DNA of 64,000 bases, taken from positions 32,001-96,000 of the forward strand of contig CAVXJH010000005.1 in assembly GCA_963762115.1 (NCBI GenBank), in the 5' to 3' direction. The notes beneath the pieces were generated by a model, which was given only the letters and a program-made list of their open reading frames with translations, made no database searches and was not told the origin of the DNA. The position numbers and the translations under genes were made by a program. Of this stretch, positions 41,001 through 50,989 are shown piece after piece. The stretch's first letter is position 1; every line of letters starts with the position of its first letter. Source of the stretch: Candidatus Babeliales bacterium (lineage in GTDB: Bacteria; Babelota; Babeliae; Babelales; JANWKD01).

Positions 41001-41655
41001 TTTGTCGCGTTATCTCATCGTTATCGCAGCAATTTTTCTTGGCTTTCAATGGGCAAATTTAGGCTGGTTACTCATAGGAATTGGTTTAGTAATCGGTAGT
41101 ATCGGTTACATAGTCAAAGAACCAATAAGTGATTTTATCTCTTATTTTATTATTCTTGTACAACGCCCTCTTAAAATAGGCGACTTGGTTATGGTAAAAA
41201 ATAATTTGGGTGTTGTGCGTCACATCACCCCACGATCGGTAATTATTCGTACAAAAAATAGTTATACCGTCATCGTTCCCAATGCGACTATTATTAATGA
41301 AACAGTACATAATTGGAATTATTCACGAGGATTCATTGCTTTTGATGATATATTTATCACTGTTCCTTATAGTGCTGATCCACTTTTTGTTAAATCAATT
41401 ATTGAAAAAGTTCTTGATGCAAATACAGACCTTCTCAAAAGCCCAAAACCCATCATTCGTTTAGAAAATTTTGGAGAAAATGGCTATGAATTCTTGTTAC
41501 GCGGTTTTTTGAGTAGCAATAAAACATTAGAAATTTGGGATATCGCCAGCAATGTTCGTTTGGCATTAGTACAAGCATTACAAAAAGAAAGTATTTATAT
41601 TGCTCTACCAACACGCTTGATTATTAATGAACAACAAAGGACGATAAAAGAATAA
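38050..41655 (+). CDS. large MscS-family mechanosensitive channel (MscK/MscM-like)
   Basis: Signal peptide, long coiled coil, many TM helices, ISDFISYFIILVQRPLKIGD and IVPN...NW motifs. Confidence 0.9.
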   Translation: MKKYNQLVLAILILMQATHLQGSLFDYFKLAVKKNGPTQAKTRFPLGITEKKEQLQHLQNDLTELQNNQKDFSEKTQINLDQTTAQINEIKQLIKDSPASEAGFLNRIISILNETYQTLFTLQFSSKELLKIIEQHITLLEDFLKDPEFKSLDLKLHSFYTFEELQELSRRIVAQEDKVKRLIEQKNEALVDLDNRKRKINILNKEYQERKKRQEEFSSKSTVPIASNENPELDFRQEGKLLDVEETFYRFEKQLAELKVQEATRKIAFFDTSIALESEKLKLLKAHFARVKESLRIEPKDIKVAKEKLELQKKESLNLRDGFYDAIKKVTIYRDGIIKEIEALKKNYTKIDSNTLGLTDWSVIPKTIDAYTALAELGLKSSQITLLENKIETLKANIENEKIAFKRKEIEVDILTSWYKITRRQFKTTDEIDQELKRYQALVTELSRDEAAAREKTATIQNALAAQNKALSNIKLIIADLKTQRTKLFRGNLPIYNASIARFTLAEKTLEEQIEESNRLLKIYTANLTTIRSTSQELVSIISTLESKSIWQRSEYAISWKGIKNIGNDFSLFFKDIATLGSLYIANFDAQHVTKITAHFGHHLIDLFLLILKILALIFIYFMGKKYLPQASNYFMRFTPTKRWLLLASRTIGVILSFINDYFLSIFCWFALFTLIYFDVIIDLFLQVMFYLLSIIYFIYLINRFIAYIIAFNKEHNSLLFGQQFQKRFSFVFSWFGYLTVILLFFREAFILATYHASEFPTILLATYSIIIRTLIIFSIGKDEIISFIPSRGAVWQAVADFINRYYYPLLIFIIILMIISDSYVGGYGNLVSYVVWGVIGTMILIKLLLVGQDHLKKKASKLFFATDEETIKERFVYAKTWYGLFVVGLFVVFSIIGLILSLRIWGKSTSWQEISYILNYPLYPSSFDVVTGQHIWLTPMTILSLLGFICAGFILAFTINRFVLIRIFQLLPVDIGIQNTVLSLSRYLIVIAAIFLGFQWANLGWLLIGIGLVIGSIGYIVKEPISDFISYFIILVQRPLKIGDLVMVKNNLGVVRHITPRSVIIRTKNSYTVIVPNATIINETVHNWNYSRGFIAFDDIFITVPYSADPLFVKSIIEKVLDANTDLLKSPKPIIRLENFGENGYEFLLRGFLSSNKTLEIWDIASNVRLALVQALQKESIYIALPTRLIINEQQRTIKE

Positions 41656-41874
41656 TTAATGCTTCTTTTTGCCTTCGGTTAATTCTTTAATTTTTTCAAG
41701 CCAACCAAGTTTTATGCAACCGTATAAAATAAGGCACAAGGCACCGCCTATAACAAAAAGATTTAACCATCTTTGAAAAAAATTAAAGGCATATAAAAGA
41801 ATTAAAATACCTGAAACAATACAGATTATACCTTTTTGTGCATCTGATAATGAACGGAAATGAAAAGCCATCAC
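41656..41874 (-). CDS. small two-TM membrane protein
   Basis: AGGAG RBS, GTG start, two hydrophobic helices. Confidence 0.65.
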   Translation of the reverse strand: MMAFHFRSLSDAQKGIICIVSGILILLYAFNFFQRWLNLFVIGGALCLILYGCIKLGWLEKIKELTEGKKKH

Positions 41875-41957
41875 TCACTCCTTTTTTAATAGTTAATTAA
41901 CTCTTATTTTTTATACTATAAAAGAAGTCAGTAACTATTTTCAATATTCTTACTATG

Positions 41958-43427
41958 TTATTGAAATTTTCTCTTGTTTAAAAAAGTAATAAAAGGCTTT
42001 GCGCCATTGCGCAGAGTGCGTTCTTGTGTGCTGAAATCAACATGATATAAACCAAATCCTTGATTATACCCATCACACCACTCCCAATTATCCATCAACG
42101 TCCAATAATGATAGCCGCGCACATCAAAACCATCTTGAACTGCTTTTGCAACGGCATATAAATGCCTATTGATAAACGATTCTTTTATACCATCAGCTTT
42201 ATCAGCAACACCATTTTCAGTCACATACATCGGTATACCAAGCACTGAACATCGCTCAATTGCTCGATACAATCCTTCAGGATACACAACATTACCCTTT
42301 TCAGTTATGTGCTCATAAGGGTGTATTGCCACGGCAAAAGGTTGTTTAAATCGATAAAATAATTTAAGTGATGTATGAGAATAATAATTTATACCAATAA
42401 AATCTAATGATTGTTGTGCATGTTTATTTATGCCATCAACAAGAGTGTACCCGGGAAATCCCCACACAAATTTTCCTGTTTTAAAATAATTAATCGTAAC
42501 TTGATTCAAAAGAGTATCAAACAAATGCGCAACTATTTTTTCAAGTGGATGCCAAGCATGATAAGGATCCAACGGTTGGATAACATGTGCAAAGCCAATT
42601 TGCAATGCTGCATCTTCAGGAGCACGCTTTTTAAATGCCTGATACACGGCAATATGAGCATCCAAAAAATTGCGCAGCACAACACCAGCTAAAGTTAAAT
42701 CATGTCTTCCTGGAGGATAATGACCACGAAAAAAACCTTCCAAGGCATACCCAGAAGGTTCATTGATCGTCATCCATGTTTTTACGTCATTATGCAAATG
42801 TTCAAAAACATACAAAGCAAAACGCACAAAATAAGCGATGTTTTCTACTTTTTCAAAACCACCTTTTTGCTCAAGCCATTGCGGTGAGGTATGATGCCAT
42901 AACATAATAATTGGCTTGATACCACGCGCACAAAGCGCTTTTACCAAAGCAAGATAGTGCTCCATAACCTTATCATCAAAAACACCTTCTTCTCGTTCTA
43001 ATTTGCTCCAAGAAATTGAAAATCGATAAGCATCAAAACCACCATCTTGAATTAATTGAATATCATCTTCCCACCGATTCCAATGATCACATGCATGCCC
43101 AACCTTTTGACCATCTTTAATATGACCATCTTCGTTTTCCCATGCAACCCACGTATCAGGAGCAATCTGATCATCGTAATAATAAGGCCCTTCAAGCTGA
43201 TATGCTGAGGTTGCAACACCAAACTCAAAATCAAGAGGAAATGCCAACGTAGCAAGAAAATTATCTTGTTCACTCTTAATTACTGACCAATCCCATCGCA
43301 ATGGTGATTTAGAAAGTATTTTCACCTTTGTTTGTTGCTTGCAAGTATGCTTATCAGCGGCTTGAAGAGAGCATGTTTGAAATAAAATAATAGTTAATAA
43401 TAAAATTTTTTTTGCATAGTTCATCAT
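41958..43427 (-). CDS. glycoside hydrolase family 1 with signal peptide
   Basis: FGVATSAYQLEG, YRFSISWS, TINEP, VTENG, WTLMDNWEW. Confidence 0.95.
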   Translation of the reverse strand: MMNYAKKILLLTIILFQTCSLQAADKHTCKQQTKVKILSKSPLRWDWSVIKSEQDNFLATLAFPLDFEFGVATSAYQLEGPYYYDDQIAPDTWVAWENEDGHIKDGQKVGHACDHWNRWEDDIQLIQDGGFDAYRFSISWSKLEREEGVFDDKVMEHYLALVKALCARGIKPIIMLWHHTSPQWLEQKGGFEKVENIAYFVRFALYVFEHLHNDVKTWMTINEPSGYALEGFFRGHYPPGRHDLTLAGVVLRNFLDAHIAVYQAFKKRAPEDAALQIGFAHVIQPLDPYHAWHPLEKIVAHLFDTLLNQVTINYFKTGKFVWGFPGYTLVDGINKHAQQSLDFIGINYYSHTSLKLFYRFKQPFAVAIHPYEHITEKGNVVYPEGLYRAIERCSVLGIPMYVTENGVADKADGIKESFINRHLYAVAKAVQDGFDVRGYHYWTLMDNWEWCDGYNQGFGLYHVDFSTQERTLRNGAKPFITFLNKRKFQ

Positions 43428-43431
43428 GCTA

Positions 43432-44184
43432 TTATTTTCCTACTGGATCTTCCGAGGGTAAAAATTGTTCTTTTTTTAAATATTCTTCAAATGCTTTGGG
43501 ATCTTTAAAAACAAACCCTTTGATTTTTGGGTCAAATTTTTGAGCTCCTTCAACATTTTCCTTTTTATCATCAACAAAAATAGTTTGCTTATTTTTTATA
43601 CATTCTTCATCATTATTACAAAATTCTTTGTTAACCTTTTTGTGAAGTCTTTTATAAAATTTTTTATCTGGTTTTTTACCATTGCTCTTGCCAGAAACAA
43701 AAAGAATATCAAACAAATCAAAAATTTCTTTCCGCGATTTTTTATGATGCGCCAAAGAGTCTTCGTGCATATTTGATGCCAATACTATTTTAACACGATT
43801 GGCTCGTAATTTTTTTATCAGTGCAATAGTTTCTTGGTTAGGTTTATCACGTATTTCTAAACATTCATATAACCCATCATAATATTTTTTCAAATGTGGA
43901 AGATCACGAGCTAAACTATCAATCGAAACATCTTCTCCTTGTATGCGTTTCCATAAAACTTGCAAACTAGCACTATGCAAATGAATATCAAGAATATTCT
44001 GCCAATACAAATTGGCAAAACAACTATTTGCACTATGTTTATCTTGATCCACGACAACATCATGGTAATCAAAACGAGCTTCCTTAACCGGTTCTGCTTG
44101 ATTTGTTTCATCAGCAAAACAAATTAACGAACTAACTGCCAAAAAATTGAACATCAAACTTTTAAAGCGCTTATTCACTATCAT
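43432..44184 (-). CDS. exported HAD-superfamily protein
   Basis: FDYHDVV (motif I variant), LASN, KKPD, FVDDKKENVEGA. Confidence 0.8.
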   Translation of the reverse strand: MIVNKRFKSLMFNFLAVSSLICFADETNQAEPVKEARFDYHDVVVDQDKHSANSCFANLYWQNILDIHLHSASLQVLWKRIQGEDVSIDSLARDLPHLKKYYDGLYECLEIRDKPNQETIALIKKLRANRVKIVLASNMHEDSLAHHKKSRKEIFDLFDILFVSGKSNGKKPDKKFYKRLHKKVNKEFCNNDEECIKNKQTIFVDDKKENVEGAQKFDPKIKGFVFKDPKAFEEYLKKEQFLPSEDPVGK

Positions 44185-44277
44185 TTTTTTCTTCCATCAT
44201 GTTTTGATCATATTCTTTTTTAAATTCTTCCGGCGTGACAGCACGAATATTAAGCTCTGATTGTTGCACTGCGCTTT

Positions 44278-44895
44278 CTATGATACATAATTCTTGCAAA
44301 GCCGCGCAATTCCTATGGAACCTGCAGCGATAGCAAAAGATACTGGAATTAATGCTGATGTTATATACTGAACCTTCTTGTGCATCTTCTCTTCTTCAAG
44401 ATTCTTCTCAAACTCTTCATCTTCTTCATCAACTACTTTTTTTTCAGAAATATACCCTTGATTTTCATGCCAAATTAACGAATCAGCAAGTTGCTTAGAA
44501 TCTGATTTCTCTAGTGCCATAAACCCTTGCTCTAACTTTGTATATAACATTGTCAACGCACTATGAGCCAAAAGACCTAATCCGCCAATTGCCAGACAAT
44601 TTTTAATTGAAAAATCTAATCTAGATGACTTAGTGCCAATAAGAGCAGCGCCAAAAAAGGGAAGCGATGATAAAGCTCCGCACATAAAATCTTTTTTTAT
44701 AGTCCCATGCCAGTTAGGCAAACCATGTATTTTCTTTAAAAAGCAACTCGATGCTGTAGCCAAACCTGCTGCCATCATTGTAGCTACGGGCGCTACATTA
44801 TGTTTTATAGCCGCACCAGCAGTTTCCATGCCACTTGCCCTATTAAAAACACAAATAGAAACAAATAGCCATACGATCAATTTTTTATTCTTCAC
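44278..44895 (-). CDS. secreted/membrane hypothetical protein
   Basis: Signal peptide ending RASG-MET; several hydrophobic segments. Confidence 0.7.
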   Translation of the reverse strand: MKNKKLIVWLFVSICVFNRASGMETAGAAIKHNVAPVATMMAAGLATASSCFLKKIHGLPNWHGTIKKDFMCGALSSLPFFGAALIGTKSSRLDFSIKNCLAIGGLGLLAHSALTMLYTKLEQGFMALEKSDSKQLADSLIWHENQGYISEKKVVDEEDEEFEKNLEEEKMHKKVQYITSALIPVSFAIAAGSIGIARLCKNYVS

Positions 44896-44974
44896 GATAA
44901 TAACCCCCTTAAACCATAATTTTGATATAACCTCTATATTCTATTATACCATAAATATTTTTTTTGAAATGCCC

Positions 44975-45679
44975 CTATTTTTTGCGCATTTTTTGCAATT
45001 CAACACAAGATTCTGTATTTCCATGCCTCGTGCACGATCTTTTTTTATTTTGCAAATTCGATCGCCAATATTTTTCAGGAAGAGGAAGATAATAACGAGG
45101 CCCAATGATTTTCTCTAGAATCCAATATTGTTCTATTTTTTTAGGTTCTTCTTTAGGATATTTTTCTTGCAATCGTTTATATTTACTTCTAACTGTTTTT
45201 ACCCGGCATTCCACGTATCGTTTCAAACCATCAACATCTGCCGTTGATTGGCATTCCATTTGTTTTAATTTTTTCATTTCGCGTTCTTTTGCTTTTTGTA
45301 AACGCTTAGTGCGTTCTTGCACAAGATGCTGCTTAATATCATTAGTGATGCCAGGAAAGTATTTATCAAGAAACATTGGTACCTTACCAAACGTTAGTGG
45401 CGTCTTTTCTTTTTTTTCAATCTGCTGCATAGCTTTTTCTATCTCAGAGAAATAACTCAGTTCTCTTTCGATTATTTTTTCTGATATAAAACATGCTTCC
45501 TCTGTACCTTCAATACATTCCCTGTTCAATGCAACGAGCCCGTATTTTTCAAGTTCAGCTTCGAAAGCTTCTAGTGTTGCAAATCTTTTTTTACATTCAT
45601 ACATGTCTTCCCATGTTATGCCAAAAGCATTATAAGCAGCTAAACACATAATACTCATCACTAAACAATATTTTTTCAC
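44975..45679 (-). CDS. secreted charged hypothetical protein
   Basis: Signal peptide; start overlaps upstream stop. Confidence 0.7.
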   Translation of the reverse strand: MKKYCLVMSIMCLAAYNAFGITWEDMYECKKRFATLEAFEAELEKYGLVALNRECIEGTEEACFISEKIIERELSYFSEIEKAMQQIEKKEKTPLTFGKVPMFLDKYFPGITNDIKQHLVQERTKRLQKAKEREMKKLKQMECQSTADVDGLKRYVECRVKTVRSKYKRLQEKYPKEEPKKIEQYWILEKIIGPRYYLPLPEKYWRSNLQNKKRSCTRHGNTESCVELQKMRKK

Positions 45680-46386
45680 AGAGAACCTTTCACAGGTAAA
45701 GTAAATTTTTCAACACAATCTTTTTCTAATGCTTCAACAGAACTAAACAACAAACCTTGCATCTTTATTTCAGGTTGCTGCGCAGCACTGACATTTGTAT
45801 CAATAAGTATTAATTCAGGTGCATCACTAGGTTTATATTTTTCATTAATCATAGAGCGCAGTTCATGATAATACTCTTTCTGGAGTTTATGCATTTTTAT
45901 ACCCGAAACAAAAAGCACGTCATCAAACAAATCAAAAATATCTTTATGAATTTGCTTGTTGTAATCACAGCTTTCTTTCATCATTGAAGTGGTAAAAACA
46001 AGCTTTATACCCTGCAGTTTCAATTTTTTTAATACCTCAATAAGTTCCTCATCAGGTTCTTCTAAAGTAATAAAATTATAAATTTCATCCTTATATTTTT
46101 GTAGTTCTCGAAACTCTTTCAACACAATGCCTACCGATAATTTCTGTCCACGCAATTTTTTATAAGCAAGCACAAGTGCCACCCGTAACAACATGGGAAA
46201 TTCACGTTGATGTTTCACCAAAAACACAAATGCTTCACGCGGCTTTTTCCATCGTTTGTTATGAAAAACAAGAGCCTCATCAATAACAACAATCTTTGCA
46301 TGATCCAACTCTTGCACACAAAAAATTGTTTGCGCAACAAACAAAAAAAATAAGAAAAATCTAACACATTCTTTTTTTATCATCAT
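45676..46386 (-). CDS. exported degenerate HAD-like protein
   Basis: EVLKKLK..GIKLVFTTS, IFDLFD.VLFVSG, LIDT; start moved to 46386 (RBS). Confidence 0.7.
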   Translation of the reverse strand: MMIKKECVRFFLFFLFVAQTIFCVQELDHAKIVVIDEALVFHNKRWKKPREAFVFLVKHQREFPMLLRVALVLAYKKLRGQKLSVGIVLKEFRELQKYKDEIYNFITLEEPDEELIEVLKKLKLQGIKLVFTTSMMKESCDYNKQIHKDIFDLFDDVLFVSGIKMHKLQKEYYHELRSMINEKYKPSDAPELILIDTNVSAAQQPEIKMQGLLFSSVEALEKDCVEKFTLPVKGSL

Positions 46387-46469
46387 ACAATAATCCCTTT
46401 TCTCATTAGAAAAGCCCTGGAGGTTATCCAGGGCTTCAATTACTTTTTTATTTTTTACAATCACTACGT

Positions 46470-47183
46470 TTATGCAGCATGCTCAGGCAAGTAACCCAAC
46501 GCAATAAGATTTTTTTCTAACTTTTCAGCTGAAAGAAACCAAATCGGCCGCACATTATAATCAGCAAACTGCGCAGCATCGCAATGTCTTTTATGAGCAT
46601 CAACATACACATATTCTTGTTTGATAGTAAGATGAGCAAGATCATTCACTACATTGCGCAAACCCACAAAAAATTCATTGGAAGGCTTATACCCATGTTC
46701 TTCAGAACCATAATAATAAGCATCAAACAAAGCAAATAATTCTGGATACATTTTTTGTAAAAGTCCCATAACTTCTTCTGATTTATTCGTTGCCAATACT
46801 AAGATAACGCCTTCTTGTTTTAATTTTTTTAGAAGATCGATCATTGCTTGATTTGGCTGATCAAGAGTCACCAATTCATAAATTTCTTGTTCATATTGAG
46901 CTAAATGAGGATACTGTGCAAACATTCCTTTGAGAGAAACTTTATCAGTCATGTGCTTATACAAACAAACAGCTAAAACTTGCAATCCGCGAGGTATTTC
47001 ACGCCATGGTTGCTTTGAGAATAATTGACTTATTTTCTTGAGCATTTCAGTTTTCTGTTGTTCAGCCATAACATGTTGAAATGACATGACAACAGCTCGC
47101 TTGCTTGCTTGCACAACACTTGAATGCATCGTCAAAACTGAAAAAAATAATAAAACTGCTGCAATTTTTTTACTGTTAATCAT
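46470..47183 (-). CDS. exported degenerate HAD-like protein
   Basis: DLLKKLK..GVILVLATN, LFALFD, GYKPS, YVDA; GGAG RBS before 47183. Confidence 0.75.
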   Translation of the reverse strand: MINSKKIAAVLLFFSVLTMHSSVVQASKRAVVMSFQHVMAEQQKTEMLKKISQLFSKQPWREIPRGLQVLAVCLYKHMTDKVSLKGMFAQYPHLAQYEQEIYELVTLDQPNQAMIDLLKKLKQEGVILVLATNKSEEVMGLLQKMYPELFALFDAYYYGSEEHGYKPSNEFFVGLRNVVNDLAHLTIKQEYVYVDAHKRHCDAAQFADYNVRPIWFLSAEKLEKNLIALGYLPEHAA

Positions 47184-47258
47184 AACATTCTCCGCAAAAA
47201 TAGAAGGGTAAAATTTTTTGCTCATTATGGCATTTTATGAAAAAAAAGTCGAACTGAA

Positions 47259-47302
47259 AGTCTCTTATTTCAAAATAGAGCAAGTTATTGAAATAAGAGA
47301 CT
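47259..47302 (-). terminator. hairpin downstream of 47352-47855
   Basis: AGTCTCTTATTTCAA/TTGAAATAAGAGACT. Confidence 0.65.
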
Positions 47303-47351
47303 ATTATTTACGGCGTTATTTCATTTTCTACTGATTTTTTGAAATAACAAA

Positions 47352-47855
47352 TTAAACTACTGATTCATCTTGGCTTACTTGAAAATGCATTGATTGCCTT
47401 TGTTTTTCTGCTTGTCGCCCGCGAACCCAATTTGTTATGGCCGCACCACAGCCATAGGTGCAAACCCCTAACGCACAAATGCCAAGTCCAACGGTTGTTC
47501 CTGCCATTATTGGCGTTGCATGATCATTATCATCAGTTTTATAATCATCAACAAGAAGTACTGTTGCCCATTCTCCTAGACCAGCTGCTATTGTTGTGCC
47601 AACACATAAGCCTGTCGTACAAAGACCAGAAAAAATTTTGCAACCCAATGACATTGACGGCAATTCTTGCTTAGGTTTTTTAACCTTTTTTAAATAAATA
47701 TGGGCGCCATGTTCTAACCCACTGTTAAGCTTATATTGATCATCAATAACTACTTCAAAAAGTTGACCTTTTTCCCCATCATCTTCTTGCATAGCAAAAG
47801 TTGTTGTTATAGAGAAAAATGCACACATCAAGCCACCAAAAAATACCATTTTCAT
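47352..47855 (-). CDS. secreted protein with two Gly/Cys-rich TM segments
   Basis: Signal peptide ending TTFA-MQE. Confidence 0.7.
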   Translation of the reverse strand: MKMVFFGGLMCAFFSITTTFAMQEDDGEKGQLFEVVIDDQYKLNSGLEHGAHIYLKKVKKPKQELPSMSLGCKIFSGLCTTGLCVGTTIAAGLGEWATVLLVDDYKTDDNDHATPIMAGTTVGLGICALGVCTYGCGAAITNWVRGRQAEKQRQSMHFQVSQDESVV

Positions 47856-47935
47856 AAAATTCACTCTTTTTGTTATGAGAAAATAAAAGACAAGCACACC
47901 TTACTATTTTGAACAAATCTATGCAATGGTTTTTT

Positions 47936-49645
47936 TTACTGTTCTTCAGTTCCGAACGTAAATGCATAAGCTGAAACTCCTGAAGGCATAAGAAGACTCA
48001 ATGTATGTCGCCCGTTATCACCACGCAAATCAAGAATATCATACATGCGCGCTTCGTGAACAAGGATTTCTCCCTGCTCATTCATATCAACAGAATGATA
48101 GTTGTGTGCTACTTCTTCATTATCAAACATCACATGAACAGCACGAGGCTCATCAGATTGCATCACAAGATACACACGATTAGCAATAAAATTAAGATCC
48201 ATTCTGCTCATGTCACCCTCAGATTTAATATATTCAGGAGTAACATACCATGCTCCCTTAAGACCAATATAATCATTGGCAAGAGGCTCTTGATAGGAAT
48301 AATCGATCTTTTGATTTTGCTGAATTGCTGGTGATGTTTGATACTGCTGAGCTCGCGCAAAGCCAAGATATAATTCCGGCGTTTGTGCTTTTCTGAGTTG
48401 TATTGGTGTTTCTACCATACCTTTTGCACCAAGTCCTAATAAGGCACGGATTGCATTTTCAGTTTCTTGATAACCACCTTCGCCAAAATGGCGTTCTTTA
48501 ATAGCACCTTGTTGATCAATTAAATAATGAGCCGGCCAATAGCGATTATTATAAGCGCGCCACGTTTCATAATTACTATCAAGAGCAACAGGATATTCTA
48601 TGCCAAATCTCTTTACGGCATCTTGCACATTTTTTATATTTTTTTCAAAAGCAAATTCTGGCGTGTGAACACCCACTAAAACAAAACCTTTATCTTTATA
48701 ATCTGCATACCATTGTTTTAAAACGGGCAAAGTACGCACACAGTTAATACAACTATAGGTCCAAAAATCAACTAAAATGACTTTGCCACGCAATGTTGTC
48801 AGCGACAGCGGCTCGGTATTAATCCAATCCGCAATACCAACAAAATCAGGTGCTTGAGATTCAAGAATCCCTCCCAAAGGGTTATTCACCTCTTTTATTA
48901 CCACTTTCTCTAACTCCTTTTTAATTAAACTAGTATCTTCAAACGTAATCATAGGAAAATAGTTAAGAGTAAATTGTTGCAAAATAACATCCACATGAAA
49001 GGCAATGGCAAGTGCAGCAAAGATCATCAATAAGCCAAAACATTTTCGAATAATTTCTGCATAGGTACTCACCATCCTTGCTGAAGAGACAATTTTACTG
49101 CCGCCATAAGCAATTAAAAACATAGGCAATGCAGCGCCTAAACTATACATCAGCGTAATCAAAACAGCAGCACTGGTTATAGCACGTGTTGCCGCCAACG
49201 TAGAAATTGCTGCTAAAATTGGCCCTGCACATGGCGTCCAGATCAAACCAAGCGCAATACCCAATACAATACCACTCAAAAATCCAGAACCGACTAACGA
49301 TGATTTGCCTTGTATAACATTGCCAATCCGCGCAATTCCTGAAAAATAGCGCACGAGCATTTGTTCAAATCGAGGAAAAAAAAGTGTACAGCCAAAAAAA
49401 ATCATGATAACAATAGCCGCATACCGTAAAAAATCTGGGGAAATGCCAAATGCATGTGCAAGACTTGTCAAAGTAAGCGTAAAAAATGCAAAGCTCACCG
49501 TAAATCCAAGAATTACACCAATTGGTCTAAAACGCCCTGAACCAACACCACTTGCCAATAACAAGGGCAAAATGGGCAAAATGCATGGCGAAAGCACGGT
49601 AACTAACCCAGCAAGAAAAGAAAAAAATAATAAAATGATCATCAT
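47936..49645 (-). CDS. dipZ: CcdA-thioredoxin fusion protein DipZ
   Basis: SPCILPILP and WTPCAGPIL, VDFWTYSCINC, GVHTPEF, TPELYLG C-terminal domain. Confidence 0.92.
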   Translation of the reverse strand: MMIILLFFSFLAGLVTVLSPCILPILPLLLASGVGSGRFRPIGVILGFTVSFAFFTLTLTSLAHAFGISPDFLRYAAIVIMIFFGCTLFFPRFEQMLVRYFSGIARIGNVIQGKSSLVGSGFLSGIVLGIALGLIWTPCAGPILAAISTLAATRAITSAAVLITLMYSLGAALPMFLIAYGGSKIVSSARMVSTYAEIIRKCFGLLMIFAALAIAFHVDVILQQFTLNYFPMITFEDTSLIKKELEKVVIKEVNNPLGGILESQAPDFVGIADWINTEPLSLTTLRGKVILVDFWTYSCINCVRTLPVLKQWYADYKDKGFVLVGVHTPEFAFEKNIKNVQDAVKRFGIEYPVALDSNYETWRAYNNRYWPAHYLIDQQGAIKERHFGEGGYQETENAIRALLGLGAKGMVETPIQLRKAQTPELYLGFARAQQYQTSPAIQQNQKIDYSYQEPLANDYIGLKGAWYVTPEYIKSEGDMSRMDLNFIANRVYLVMQSDEPRAVHVMFDNEEVAHNYHSVDMNEQGEILVHEARMYDILDLRGDNGRHTLSLLMPSGVSAYAFTFGTEEQ

Positions 49646-49831
49646 ATACCCCTTATCATAGATTATACATTCTTATCAATTCTCCATCATTTTCAAATAA
49701 ATAATCAATATTTATCTGCAGCATTTATCTGCAGCGCAAAAAACATTTCTATTTTGATTAACGGGTTGAATATTCTTTATAAATATGGTATATATAAAAA
49801 CAATATATATGTTTTTAATGGCAGGTTTTTT

Positions 49832-50989
49832 ATGAGAAATATACTTTATTTCGTTCTCTTGTGCTCGTTTATAACATTCTCTTTTTCAATACAAGAAAAC
49901 AATGATCCTTTTTATCATATTTTACAAAAAGTGAAAAAAATCGATCCCCAAGCATCTCCAGAAGAATATCAAATTCTTTTTCAAGAGTTGCAAAAAAACA
50001 ATCTTTCGGTGAACAAATGCGTTGAATTACTTTTAGAAAGAAAAAAAGAAAAAGGCTTTAAAAGCACGCGATATTTTAATGATGAAAATAAAGCAATCAT
50101 CAAAAAAATTCACGCTAAGCAACAAGCTGAAGACGCACATAAAAAAATCAAATTAGTCGTACATCTCTCACCCGACATTAATCTCAGCCAGGAAGAAAAA
50201 AAAGAAATTTCAGCAACATTCTCAGATCGTTATAGCGTAACGTTAAAAAATGCAGAAGAAATATATGATCGAAACAGATTATATAAAAATAGCGATTTAA
50301 GCGCTCTAGAAGGAACATGTTGCCGCAGAAGAATACAAAATCTGCACAGTAATGACCTTACAGCAATTATTCCAGGATCTTATCATGTTTATATAGGAAT
50401 AGATTTTGTACAAGCAACACCCAATAAACGTAAGGCTATGCTTTTGCATGAAAAAAAACATATGGAAAATAATCATCAAGTCTTACTCGAGTGTCTGGAA
50501 AAAATGATCGAAAAAAACATCAAAGTTCACGATCCGCATAAACCATATTTTTTACCAGGAAACACACAATCAAAAGCTTTTTCTCGAGCATTAGAAGCAG
50601 AGGCCGATCGATTAGCAATTATCTCCAGTGATCTTGCCACTGCTGCCTGTTTTAATGATTATATAACTGACGATGAAATTGAAAGTGAAATTGAAGATGA
50701 AGAAATAGCAAAATTCAAAGCACATCAACGATTTAGAAAGCGAGCTGAATGGTTTTTACGCTTATACAACCTTAAAAAAGCCGAAGAAATTGCACAGCAA
50801 AATGGTTCAAGTTCTTGCATTCAAGGCGCGCATGATTCCCATAACCTCAGAAATCTTAATACGCGACTTGCTGAGCAAAACATACGTGGATTGCATTTCG
50901 GGATGAAACTTCTTCCAATACCGTTGGCGATCCTCAAGTCTAAAAAATTTTTTTGCAACCTTAAAAACATTGCGCGCAAACCATTGTGA
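49832..50989 (+). CDS. secreted putative zinc metalloprotease (M48-like)
   Basis: Signal peptide; LLHEKKH and SRALEAEAD motifs. Confidence 0.65.
   Translation: MRNILYFVLLCSFITFSFSIQENNDPFYHILQKVKKIDPQASPEEYQILFQELQKNNLSVNKCVELLLERKKEKGFKSTRYFNDENKAIIKKIHAKQQAEDAHKKIKLVVHLSPDINLSQEEKKEISATFSDRYSVTLKNAEEIYDRNRLYKNSDLSALEGTCCRRRIQNLHSNDLTAIIPGSYHVYIGIDFVQATPNKRKAMLLHEKKHMENNHQVLLECLEKMIEKNIKVHDPHKPYFLPGNTQSKAFSRALEAEADRLAIISSDLATAACFNDYITDDEIESEIEDEEIAKFKAHQRFRKRAEWFLRLYNLKKAEEIAQQNGSSSCIQGAHDSHNLRNLNTRLAEQNIRGLHFGMKLLPIPLAILKSKKFFCNLKNIARKPL

Noticed and set aside
49710..49735. 13-bp tandem duplication ATTTATCTGCAGC
   Set aside because: Only two copies; most simply a slippage event with no supportable function
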